Below are positions 12,301 to 25,771 of a stretch of 64,000 nucleotides of DNA, in pieces. Location of the stretch: the NCBI RefSeq assembly GCF_000150275.1, contig NW_002060945.1, positions 2,627,172 to 2,691,171 on the forward strand, given 5' to 3'. The first letter of the stretch is position 1. Each line of letters opens with the position of its first letter. The DNA comes from Trichoplax adhaerens. Taxonomy: Eukaryota > Animalia > Placozoa. The notes beneath the pieces were generated by a model. That model was not told the origin of the DNA. It saw only the letters and a list, made by a program, of their open reading frames with translations, and ran no database searches. Both the position numbers and the translations under genes were made by a program.

Positions 12301-15017
12301 ATTAATAGTACACTTACCCTCATCGAAGGATTCCAATTAATCAAATAACTTAGTCTTCTACAACACGTACTATAGGAAAAAATGATGATGATTATACTCT
12401 TAATCAGAATTTATTGTTTTAATTCATTCTTATAATATAACCTAACACTAATGTAACGAATCAATTTCTACTTAATTATTAGTATTTCTTACCATTCAAT
12501 CTGCAATGTAGCTACTTATCGTTAACTACCTTAAAAAATATCCGACAGAAGGTTCTATCATCAGGTTAAAAGTTTTAATTGCTCTTAACTTGGGAGAACT
12601 AATAAATAGAGTTTCAAAGTCATTTTATCGCTGGCATCTGGATCATTTTCCTTATAGTTTACTTAATTCCTCGCTGGAATGAACTAAAATAGTTCGATTT
12701 CCGTTACTTTACTGAGATTTCTGCGATCTCATTGAATCAAAAAATGGCACACCTACATGCAATGATTATATGGTAGTTCACACGATGGTAGTTTGCCATT
12801 ATTAGAAATGTGATTCAGCTTTTCAATTGTTAGTCCAATTTTTAACCATAGTGTCAACTACTTGTTATAAGATTATATGTTAAAATCATTTATGAACACT
12901 CATATTTGAACAAAATAACTCGTTTCAGATTTGAATCACATTTAATCTACAATATTAATCCTTTCTAGACGAGATAATTTAATGATAAATTCTTTTTCTT
13001 TATAACTTCAATCATATCTTTAGTGTGGTATCGCAAATTCATGCGCCTGAGCTAAGATTAATTTTCCATTCAGCGTATCTCCTTTATAGTTTTGCAATTT
13101 TTAGTACTTTCTATGATCACTTTACGCTATTTAAGCAATTTCTATCGAGAACACTATCGGCTTGAAAATCATAATTACGCACTTATTACATCCTTTGAAA
13201 TTAATTTCATGCTTTAAAAGTATTTGACACTATGAAATTGCCGGACAAGAAATTTCAAAATTTGTGAAAAGAATTAGAACTTTGTAAGATCTCTATACAA
13301 AGATGATCTACACATTGCTCTACTTTAGCCGAATACAAATGCAAATATTAGAAAAATTTCTAGACAGAGCTACTAGAATAACCTAAAATTGTCTATCGAT
13401 GTACTTTTCGTAGCATATGGCAGCTACAATCAGTATAGCAATATCCTACCTAATTTTACAATTATACAGCGGATCATCTGTAATCCAAAATGTTAATTAC
13501 TACTGTACACTAGAGTGCAGTAGTTACGTAGAAGTTATTCTTCCTACCACACTACAGTACGATGATTTAATCATATCCTAATATATGAATTACATACTTG
13601 CACCTATTTTAAGCTTTGGCTTCAATAGTATGACCTAATACGGTACTGTATATGGTATATGGTCATCTGCACTCGAATAAGAATCCACAGTTACGTTCTA
13701 TGGCTATGGGGTACTAAATAAGAGTATACCTTAGGATAAATATAGAAATCTAAGCTGCCGTGCACCATTCTAATCATGACTAGTTAATAATTTGTAATCT
13801 AATACTAAGTTACAGATACTAAGACTCGTCCATCATTACTTAAGAGCTGAGTGCTCATTCCTGTACTAACAATTATAAGTAGTCATATCGAACTTAAGTA
13901 TCACCTTAATTTAAATTAATTTATTAGCTCATTTACATTAAATTTTCGAAGTTCAGTTTGTCCTAATCGTTATGTGACCATGATGCTCCTGACTCTGAAT
14001 TAGTTAGCTGCTACAATAACCTGATAAAGGAATTGATTTATTTCGGTGAGATTTGATAAAAAGATTTCTTTAAAATCAATATCATACATAATTCGTAAGG
14101 ATTCTTCCTTATAAAAATAGATCTTGTCAAAATAAATGAAATAGCTACGTATAAATAAGCAACAATCCAACTGATAGATCTATCTATGAGATATAAAGAA
14201 ACTTAAAAGAAGATAAATTTTGAGATGCAAATACAACATTAAAAATTAATGTTGGTATTTCTACCAACAAATTATCAGTATTGCATATCTGAACGAAAAA
14301 ATCAAAAGTCTAAGTATAGAGAGTTAAATTAAAAGCAGCTTTACTTTATGGGGAAGAGAAGTGGTGAAAACTGACAATCTTATCATACAGTCTTGTAGAC
14401 ATTATTAGAAGGATGTATTCATGGTCCTTGTTAACACTTTATAGAGAAAAACAATACAGTAGTGCCATTGCTCAATATCTACATTAAATATATGTTAAGA
14501 GATTTATTTCGGTCTAAATCAAGTTCAAATCGGAAATATTTGTCCAATCTATCTGTCACCTATTTCCATTTGTCATTAAAATAATTCAATCTATAAAGTT
14601 TCTTCATCTTTAGAAGAAATCTACACACAGTTTTGTTGAGATTCTATAAATTTTAACCGAAGGACGCAGCCACATCGATTAGGAATAGGCCTTGTACATT
14701 GTTCGATTCGAATTACTCTATTCCATAAGTAGAATTGCTTTTATATTAATTTCAGTATTTCGAAATCCTATACCATAACTAATAAAGTAGTATAACAATT
14801 TTTTTTCGGAATTTATTTTCTCTTATTATTGCTCCACTCCAGTATCATCTACTTAAATTTGAATACTTAAGGAGTATACAACTTTTTCTTTGAAAAGCCA
14901 AACTTAAAATAAAATCAGTACTTTTGTAGTTACAGTGATATCGCATTATTTGGATAGCATATGGTCTCTAAAATAAATACCGCTACTGATGATAAAGTGA
15001 TAAATCTATCTTGGTAG

Positions 15018-18000
15018 GTAATCCATGCGACTCTAATCCATGTGTTCATGGAGCGTGCCAACAATCCGGTAATAGCTTTCAATGTTCCTGCAATAAGAAT
15101 TACACCGGTTTGCTATGCGAAATAGGTAAAAATGAGCTAAAAAATGTTGATTCTGTGGCAAATTTGTAATAAGACTAGTTTTTAGATCGGAAATGATGTC
15201 AATTTCTATCTTACAGACGTTCAGTTTACGTTTAATAATATATATTCAACTTGTTTACTCATTCTATATCTTCTTTCCTACGAAAATATCCTAATTGGCG
15301 AAATCTTGCGATTGCACATCCATTTATATAGACCCCTGCCAACAATATACAGAGTTAAATGAACCCGATCGCTCTATCCACACAGAAAGAAATGTCATCG
15401 TTAAATGCGATCTATTAGTCGTTAGAAACGAATGGTATCGCTTTACTGGAGGAGAAAATAGTGCAATGTTGGCTAGCAATTACGTCGAACATGGCAGATG
15501 TGCTTCGCTTTCCTCGGGTTGGCTACAAGATATGCATCCAACAGGTATAACTTGCAACGTTCAAGATCTAGTCTGCACCAATTATAATTTTAGGTGGAAT
15601 GGCCTAAATATGAGTAAAATAGACGGTCGTGCAATTAATACACCTTGACGGATAAATTATAATTCATTGATTATTAATATCACTAAAAATCACTTGAATT
15701 TACACCGCCAACATAAAATTTTATAACAACTTATGATAGAAAAATATCGTATTATTAGAATCCGTTACTACTATTAAAGTAAAGATATACAGTACTGATT
15801 TATATAGCTTGCTGAAATGGAATAACGAGGGTTTTATTCATTGCTATATAATCAAAAAGTAATTTCTGATATTTCAGTTCATGATACTCATGAAATCTAA
15901 TCAAACTACCGCTATCAGTTTACCACGTTTACAGTATTGCCCTAAGCTTATCGTTTCCAAGCATTTCCATGTCATATAATTGAAAGCCATAATCCTGTCA
16001 CGTTATGACTATAGCCAACGCCTTCTGTACCGAAAATTAAATATTTAATCTTGATAAAAGATTTAAGATATTTTCATTTTTACCGAATAAAGCTTTGGTA
16101 TTTCATTTATGATTATTTTATGTCGCATGCAATGGCACAATTCAGCACCAGCTCATTACTCACTATTTGAATTCATTAGGTCCGCAAGGAATCATTGCGC
16201 GAAAAGTCTGTTACTCCTTCATTAATGAAAAATGTAAATGGTCCAGCAATATTCAAATTAGAAATTGCGGCACATTCTTCACTTATAAACTGCCTGCACC
16301 TCCTTTATGTTCTTTAAGATATTGTACAGAACGATTTTGTAAGTTCCCAGAATCATGATCATTGATATATGATTTACATTTTAAATTAAACGCTGAACGA
16401 TTAATTATATATATAACTATTAATCTGTTGCTATTTTCTTCGTTTAACAGCTTTTTGCCAACCTAATCCATGTCTTTATGGCACTTGCAACTCAGGAAAG
16501 GATAGCTACAATTGTATCTGTAATAATAATTATCATGGCAAGAACTGTGATCAAAGTAAGCTCTTACCAAGTGTTATTACAAATCATTATGTACATATAA
16601 ATACTGTACAATCAAATCAAATAACGGTAAATTGTAAGATTAATATTTAAGATTCCACTATATCAAAAATTAAATACCCAACATAAAATAAAAACGATAT
16701 TTGTATACTGATATACCCGAAGATTATCTTAGAATACAATTAAGGTTTAAAATCTTATAGTTTCTAAACTGATAAAATTGAAATAACACTTTAAATCCAT
16801 GATAGGTAATATACTGGAGCATTTCGGTTAAAATTTAACATTTATAAATAGAAATCGATTCATTTGAAGCAATATTTACCATATTATCTCTAATAATGAC
16901 GTTTTCTTATTATAGAAGATTATAATCTTACAGTGATTGACTACGCTTGAAAATTGTGTTTATAAAATATTGATATTTACCGTACATATTTGACAGTACT
17001 ATACTTATGTATAGTAGTACTGGATATCTACGTCTTCGCATTTGAATTCATCGAATATAAAGTAATACTGCTCTCGCATAAATGAAAAGTACCGATTGAT
17101 TTAAAAATACAGTAGTCGCAGAGTATTATAAATTAATGTTTATAAGGCTGTTTGTATGCACGAGTATATGATCTTAGCATTCACGTTTTAACTGCATTGA
17201 AGTTATTAAATAACTATTAATTGTACATCTGCTGCGCTACAATTTTTACGTGATATAAACTAATTCCTTAGTACTTACATAAAGTAGTTTATCCAAATGT
17301 ATCCTATTCACTTAACTGCTTAGTCGCCCCCTTTTTAGCTAATCTATAGTTAATAGTAATTTAGCAATATTTTATTTATTAACTATTTCTCTCTGGTGTA
17401 TTCAGAATTTGCAATTCCTTATTCTAAAACGTTTACTGCGTTACCTTCAGTATTCTCAACCTCTACAACACAAATTTTTTCGCTATCTAGTTTCTTGTCA
17501 TTTAGTTATCAGGAAATACTGTGATTTATGCATAATATCATATATTTATAAACGCTTATAACTACACTTTTACGAATGATATTGTAGGTTACTGCCAGCC
17601 CAATCCTTGTGAAAATCAAGGTCAATGTAAATCAAACGAAAGCGGTTATAATTGCACATGCCCTACAACATACTACGGAAAAACTTGCAGCCAACGTAAG
17701 ATGTATTACAATTAAACCTGTTAAGTCGAATTGTATATATCCCCTACCTTCTGTTATACAACTTAGTAATTAGCTACAATAGACTCTGTATATTTATTGA
17801 CCGCACATAATATGTAAATTTATGCTTTCAGAGTATTGCCAACCTAGTCCATGCGTTCAAGGCACTTGCAATGCTTTTAAGGACGGCTATAATTGTTCAT
17901 GTACTGGAGATTATCAAGGAAAACATTGCGATATAAGTAAATGTTTCATTGACCCCCACCACATTATATAATTGTTGGAAATTGATAAGAAACATATTTA

Positions 18001-21000
18001 TCTACTAGTTATTTATGTCATAACAAAACCAGTGAATGGGCAATAATATATTTCAAGTGCTGTTATGGTTATAAGTATTTAATGTACTGGTACTCTGTTG
18101 AATATTGCCGTTATGCGATAGATCGCATGATTGTAGCTGATCACGGCTAAAATAAAACTATCCGACATTTTCAGCAACTAAACATAAGAACTTATTTATC
18201 ATTTGGATTACTGATGCACTTACAACTCTCTTATCGGCTAGATTATTGCTCTCCTAATCCATGCAATCAAGGTAACTGCTCATCAATTGTAGGCGGATTC
18301 AAATGTACTTGTATTCCTGGATATACTGGACAAAAATGCGATGCTGGTAAAGTTGATTTTAAATATATACATTACTCTCTCTGCTCGTTTTCGATTCTGA
18401 ATATCTCAAACATAGAATTACATACACCGTCTTTAATGTCTGCAAATCTACTTTTAGTAACCCCTAGAGCTATAATTAGCCCATCAAGCAACACAACTAT
18501 TGCAGCTGGTGTTAATATCACCTATAGCTGTGCAGCTGCAACTATTCCTGCAACTGCAATTGTATGGAGTAGAGTTGGTCAAAGTTCTTTACCATCTAAT
18601 GCTGTCGTTAGCACAGTTGGTGTTAATAGCGTTCTAACTCTAATTAATGCCAGTAGTGTCGACAATGGTCGATATCAATGTGAAATCTTTATAAAAGACG
18701 GGAATGCTTCCTCCTCTATTCATATTTTCGTTGTTGGTATGCTATCAAATTCTATCAATTAATTTGATTAATTCTCTTTCCCTACTATGTGCTAACTTAA
18801 TCAGAGTTTGATTAAAATACTAAGATTGATACAGTAGTAAACGATCGATCGATTATATTAAATCGTATGATACAATTAAACATCATCTATTTTCATAAAT
18901 TAACTCATATTTTAGACCCCCCTGTACCGAGAGTATTGCCATCGGCTTTAACTCTTTTACGCGGAGGTACCGCAAGATTTACGTGCGATCCAGGAACTTC
19001 AGTTTATTCTAGTGTAAGCTGGTCAAGCACTACTGGTTCTTTTCCAGCTAATCGTCATACCATCAATGGAACACAATTAACAATTAGCAAACTTGAAAAT
19101 ATCGATAGAAGTATAACTTGCTCCGTTAGCAATCTTGCTGCTACTGCCAGCGGTGTATCTTATCTAACCGTACAAGGTTAATTTGCATAGAATGGTCAAG
19201 CTGTAGGACTAATTTGATTCCGTTATCGGATAGGAAAATTTTAATTTATTAAAGATTAAATATATTGGGATTAATGCTTTGTAACTTCTTGAAATGGACT
19301 TTTGTATTTAGAACTACCTAGAGCAAAGCTGAATCCCAATTCATCCTTGGTTATATACAAAGTGGATGAAAATGTTGGTGTTCATCTTTGTCTAGCGGAT
19401 GGAGATCCGGTAGTAGTTAGTCCTCGATGGACTCGCTCTGATGGTGTTTCTCTTACTTTTGCTGATACCTTAGCTAATCGTTTAACTCTCCGTCGAATTA
19501 CTGCAGCTAAGCAGGCTACGTATATCTGCACAGGAACTTCTAGCATTGGTTCATCAACAACAACGTTAGACGTTCAAGTAGCATGTAAGTACAGTCCTTC
19601 GCCAGCCTTTGTGTGTATTTTCAATTCATTGACCATGCCTCTTATTCTAATTTTGATCGTTGCTAGCCCAAGCATATGTCAGGCGTTTTGCTAATTCACC
19701 GGGATCTACTGTCTCTTACCAAGCTTTCTCTACAAAAAATTCAGTTAATGAAACGTCATCCAGCACTCATTATTTAAATATCCGTCTGAAACTCGATTCA
19801 CTCAATGATAGCTTAATCTTTTTCCAAGGCAATGGCTTCGAAGATCATACACCTGACACGATAAATTTCTTAGCCTTAGCCCTTACTGACCAACATCTCG
19901 GTTTTATGTATTCTAGTGGACCAGATGTCGCTAATAATCCAGGTATCATTGGTTGGATCATAATTCCAGATACTATGAAAACAAATACATGGTATTCAAT
20001 CGCAGCTACCTATGAGTATGGCAATGCAACAATACAGATTAATGATGGACCAGTCTATCGCAATTACAGCCGAGAGAGTGGTCGATCAACTGTAATTACC
20101 CTAACTGACTGGTTGTATATTGGAAGTTTAAATAATATGAATTCAAATCCTATTCCTAACATCACTGTTGGCTTCTCCGGTTGTATATCTTATCTTTCTG
20201 TTGACAATCATACCTATGATTTATCCAATAATAAACTTGAAGAGAGTAACACATTGGCTTGTGGCGATCCTTGCCAATTGAATAAATGTCAAAATCAAGC
20301 AACGTGCAAAAGCCATCCTACAGATAATAAATATTACTATTGCGATTGTCAATCGGGATATTACGATTACCTATGCAGCAGTAGCTTTGCTTCGTTAGCT
20401 GATCCTTGCTACAGTGCGCCATGCAGAAATGGCGGTACTTGTGTAAGTACGGGTGGTAGTAACTATATCTGCCAATGTGCTTTACCTTATTCAGGAATAA
20501 CAAACTGTGATTCAAGTAAGTATATGATGGCAATTACTAACTGGTATACTTCACTAATAAAAATTATCCTCTAAATTCAATTCTGTTGCAATTGTGATCC
20601 ATTTTTACAGCTATATCTCTCCAAGCTGACGATGCTGCTAATTTTGATCGATATGGATATCTTCGCTACAGCATCAATTCAGTTAATAAGTAAGCAAAAC
20701 AACAAGTGTAATAGATAAAATTCGTCAAGCTCAGCAGAGGATTAGATTAAAATTACAGCTTAAGCTTTTTATAAACATCCATTTATTTAATATCGCAGTT
20801 AACCAATATTTGCTGTTATATAGCATTTACATTACTTTAAATTTTATAATCCTAATTGAATTCTTATTTTTTATGTAGTCAACAAGATATACAATTCCAA
20901 TTTAAAACAACAGAAGCAAATACTTTGCTTTACTGGCAAGGCGATGTAAGTTTTGTCCTGATAATATCATCGAAATTTATTTAATATACAAATCAATCTG

Positions 21001-23555
21001 GAATATTTCATGAAACAGTATTATTCGCTAATTTATAATAAAGTATTAAGACAAATAGATCACTTTATAGAAGTATAAATTCTTATAATACAGTACAGGT
21101 ATTTGAGATTGTTCTAAGTTATCTGTATCTAAAAATAACAGTGTAGATCGCATGAAAATTGTATATACGCATAAATGAAATATGAAACACAATACATACG
21201 AAAAGTTTTACGAACGAGAAAGAGCATTTAAAATTTACTGTATCCTAAGAGTAGACATACGCGAAACATCGTGAATTGAATTAAATAAATAATAGTATAT
21301 AGAACAGGTGTCAAATTTAATTTTTGATCTACTATTACCAATCGCTAAGTTTAGGTTCCATCTATATTTTGAAATTCAACTCGTTTTAACCTCGTGTAGT
21401 GTAGAATAAGATCTCAAATTTAATTTTACTCTACCATTAACAATCGATATGATTATGCTGTAATTTTAATACCGTATGTAGAAACAAAAATTAATAACAT
21501 GAAATTTCAATAAAATATCAGATTGAACTCTATTCTACAGTTTCATATCGACACTATGTTCTCATTCGTAATGAAAACAAGCTTCACGAAAGCGCAAGAA
21601 CCATTTACTCTTGTCCATACTAATTATTAACCACTAAATTTGTTTAAGCCTAACATAAAAATTAGTTTAAAAATTACTAAAAAATATTTCATTGTTTGCA
21701 GCTGGATATTATAAGCGAATAAAAAGCATGTTTGTTTTATTTTGAAAATTTATTCTCTACAAGAATAGAAGCTATGAAAATACATGTTTCAGTTAATTGA
21801 GACTAATTTCACATTTGAAACTGTACTCGATTATAGATTAATTTTAATGCCAACCAATACATGTATATAAGGTTAAGCAGCGGTGTCGTGCAGTTAAGGT
21901 GAGCAGTCGTTAAGGGCTTTATGCTCTCCATATATATGTATATATATATATATATTTAATCAATCGAACACTACATCGATTAACTTTGCTTCGTAAATTT
22001 ATTGGCAGATTCAACTTAGGTAGTGGCGAGGCAGTCCTAAATACAGCAGCTACTGTTAATGACAACCAAAAGCACACTGTTCATGTTATGAGGTTTATAC
22101 ACTTATTTATATGATTATCTACTTGATGTTACTACCAGGAATGAAACCTAGCAATTATTGGTTAAAAGATATTTTTGAAGGGTCTTGTCAATACGGGTAT
22201 AAACAGAGTTAAATTAACGAATTATAAATTATAGGAGCGGTAGACAAGGCTATCTAGCAGTTGATGGAGTGATTGCAACTGGCCTTGATGAAGCACCTGG
22301 TCAAAATGAATCTTTGGCAGATTTCTCAAATGTTTATTTTGGTATGTACATCTATTTTATGTCGATTCAGCTAGGTTCCACTACATATATCCTTTGCCAG
22401 AATAGGAGCTTGTCTCTGTATTAAGCTGTTATAAATGTTTAAATGTAACTAGATTGCAAAGTATATCTATTTTTAGAATATCTCCTGTTGATCCTAGTGT
22501 ATGTAAAGCATTGCTTCAATTATATATTATAGAACAGTGAAATAAACGGGCACATCAGATTAGTTGATCTAACCCATAAGTTACCAGGCAAATTGCGTTT
22601 ACCTTGATAATAACTTCTGTATACATATGGCTCATATATCCGTATATATTAGCCTATAGATCAGCCTAAATCTGCTCGAATTATGCTGCCTACTTCTCAA
22701 ACAATTTAATGTTAATTTAGTATATTGATAGCCGGCCATAAAATTATACTACGGGATCAGAGCAATTATATAACGATAGATAAAGTTTCAAAGCACAAAA
22801 TATTCATCATAGACCATTTAATAGTCATCCATTGTTAAAATGATTCTTTATAAAGATATACACAATATAGTATGATCTTCTCTATCGTTAGTAATGGCAA
22901 ATAGTAGATAGTAATAGCCATCCTGTAATCATTTTTAGCTAGATACTAGTGTACCTAGGCGTATATAAATACACCCGTTGGAGACGTCTAGTTCACTCAT
23001 CATTTGTAATACTCGTCGTAACTAATTTTTAATTTATGTACTCGCACAATTCACAGTACAGTTTAAGTAGATATAGGTATCAAACATGCATTTCAATTCC
23101 AGTTAAAATCCTTGTATTTTATAATACTATGCACTGTAGTGTGAGCACATACGCAAAATTTTTTATATAGTAAGATTACATACAAGTCTTATAGCTACTT
23201 CCTAAAATTGAATAAACCTACTTATTTTTAGTTTTAGAGCTGATTAACAGTACCTAAAAATCCGTAAAATCATTGCCTATAAGAAATTCATATTGACTGA
23301 CAAGTTTATCCCAATTTTAGGAGCTAAAATGGATTTTGTTTCTGTACATAACTTTAAATAAGAGTGATAATGCATTTGACCTATTGAATTCATTCGATTT
23401 CTGTAGGTGGTGCAGAGAATATTGCCTTTAAAACTGGAAATCGATTCTCTGTTGGAATGATTGGATGTATTGGTAATATCAAAATTTTCAATACTCCATT
23501 ATCAATTTCCGATAGCGTAACAGCCGTTGGGGTTACCAAGTGTAATGGATTTTAA
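15018..23555 (+). CDS. Extracellular matrix-type protein EGF-D8C-EGFx4-Igx3-LamG-EGF-EGF-LamG with a perlecan domain IV/V-like C-terminus; first (signal-peptide) exon not located
   Basis: Exons: 15018-15125 (EGF), 15332-15544 + 16180-16338 (D8C), 16451-16555, 17588-17695, 17832-17936, 18242-18346 (EGFs), 18458-18736, 18916-19176, 19312-19584 (Ig; C..W..DNGRYQC), 19667-20515 (LamG + 2 EGF), 20611-20689, 20879-20945, 21837-21898, 22009-22092, 22235-22341, 23407-23555 (LamG RFNLGSGEAVL..VNDNQKHTV..RSGRQGYLAVDG..YFGG..TGNRFSVGMIGCI). Intron phases are consistent throughout. AATAAA at 23589. Confidence 0.87.
21930..21955. repeat. (TA)n microsatellite in intron
   Basis: atatatatgtatatatatatatatat. 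Confidence 0.7.
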
Positions 23556-25771
23556 TTTAATAATTCGAAGTAAGCATTCATACTTTGGAATAAATAATAA
23601 TGCAGCAATTTAATATTATTTTTTCTGACGCATTAAATAAAGTTTTATCTTTGATACTTTTATAATTAATGATACAAATGAAAGATTGTAATGGCTCCGA
23701 AATACTTTGTAAGACTATGTGTTCTAACGAAAATACAAATGTACTGTATTAGTTTAGTCTTGATATCATTAATAGGACACAACTTGCTGATTGTGATTAT
23801 AAAACTTTCCGTGATTAAAATGCAATATCATACGAAAAAATTTGAACTGCTTCAAGAATAAATTTATTTTTGATTATAATTACTGCAAATATGAATTATA
23901 AACAAAACCTAGATAGTATAATTTAGTTTTGATCATCTTTCTATCGCATATGATGGCCAATGAGAGTCAAGAACTGAAGCTGTTTAATAGCATTGTACGA
24001 TAAATTTGCTCTTCCCCTACCTCTTGATGTAATCGAATGGAAACTGGAATGAAAAGTAGTATCAGTACGAGAAAATACTCAGATGTCCAAGTATTCTTCC
24101 AGATAACACAGCTACGCTATTTCTTAATTAATTATCAGCAAGATTACGATTTCTTGCAGTAGAATCTCAAAAATTTGAATCTTTAACAAACATTTAGCTT
24201 ACTCATTTCTAGAATATAATTAATTAGCCTTTTTAAGATGCGATAGAATAATCCCGCGACTACATCATTTTCAGAATTAAATCTATTTCATGCAATATTG
24301 CTAATTTAAAAAGTGTGAATGATCGGCTCTAGCAGTAATATATAATTCAATCGAAATGATAATTTATTTATAAATTATGGAAATACACAATAAATATTCG
24401 ATATAATTAGCAACAAGTTAGACAAATCCTGTTTCTGCCAAGTTAAATCGGCATTTATTACCATATTTTGAGGGCAATACTGCCCTTTCAAATATCACAT
24501 TGAGCTATCTTGATTTTAATTTCTGTAATAAAGTATTTTGCATTTATCTAATAGTATTTAGCCATTAATAACAAGCTCCATGTTATGATTTTGATCTTAG
24601 ATTATATTAGCATAAGAATACTATTATATAGTGCATAGTACAAAATAAAGAAATTTCTAAATTTAATCCTAAATTGAGATAATTATCTGTGATCCTTCAC
24701 AATAACAGTTGGAGTATCTATGATTCCCTTATCCAGAAACTAAGCTAGCATACAAGAGAATTATAACATTACGATCTCATAAGTGGAATGCTTTATTCAA
24801 AATTAATCCTACATTGCAATACAAATACTGCAGTATCTTCTAAGATAGAAGAATAAAAGATATTTCTCCAATTTATTAAACTAAGCTGATTCTAAACTTT
24901 TCAAGAGCATCCATTAGCAGCTCGATGCATTAGCTTCAATTTAATTCATCATTTTTTGAATTTAAATTCAAACCTGGAGTAACTAGAGTACCAAAATTTG
25001 TGTTAAACTAAAAATAGGATTTTATTAACCATGATTAAATTAAGCGCCGTTAAATAAGACCCTATTCTATTGACGGCGAGGGCAAATTTCGCTATCCAAA
25101 TATACATAATCTTAAATATTAGCCGAGTAGAGCATACTATTGAGATAAACACTTATTGTAGTTTCGGAAGATTGAGAGTTCGTCATAACAGCAAGTAATT
25201 ACACCAGATTAATAGAAGAAAATAGTAATATTTATAGTATGTGTTTGAAGAAACCGAATTTTGGCTACAATAATTAATAAACGACATGAAATACTGGAGT
25301 AGCTTAAGTAAAGTAGAAGACGTAAAGTGCACAAACTACAGCTCAGTTAAATACAACTAGCTAATGAAATTGATGCTTAAGAATTGTTATATTGTGGAAA
25401 GCACAACACGGGAGAATTAATTGTAAACGTGAAAGAATTTATTAGAAGAACTTACTTTTACGATAAGGTATTTCTACAATACAATCAAGCTAGAGCATAA
25501 ATAGAATTCCGCGAATAAATTTAATAAAGATAAATCACGAATACTTGGAATTACGCTACAATTTAGTGTAAGTTAGTTTTATTATTAATAGAATGTACCT
25601 GGTATACCATATGTGTTTACTATTAACTACTACCTCATAATGAATAATATATACTTTTCATTACTAAAAAACAATTTGTTATTCAAATATATATATAATA
25701 TAAAATAGAAATAAAATATACAGCATCCTAGCAATGTTAAAGCTTATTGCGATTTAACAATTCGCAATTTA

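Noticed and set aside
15018-23555. Naming this gene perlecan (HSPG2) or agrin
   Set aside because: No LDLa, laminin-B/LE, SEA or follistatin domains were seen, there are only two LamG domains, and the N-terminal D8C is foreign to those proteins.
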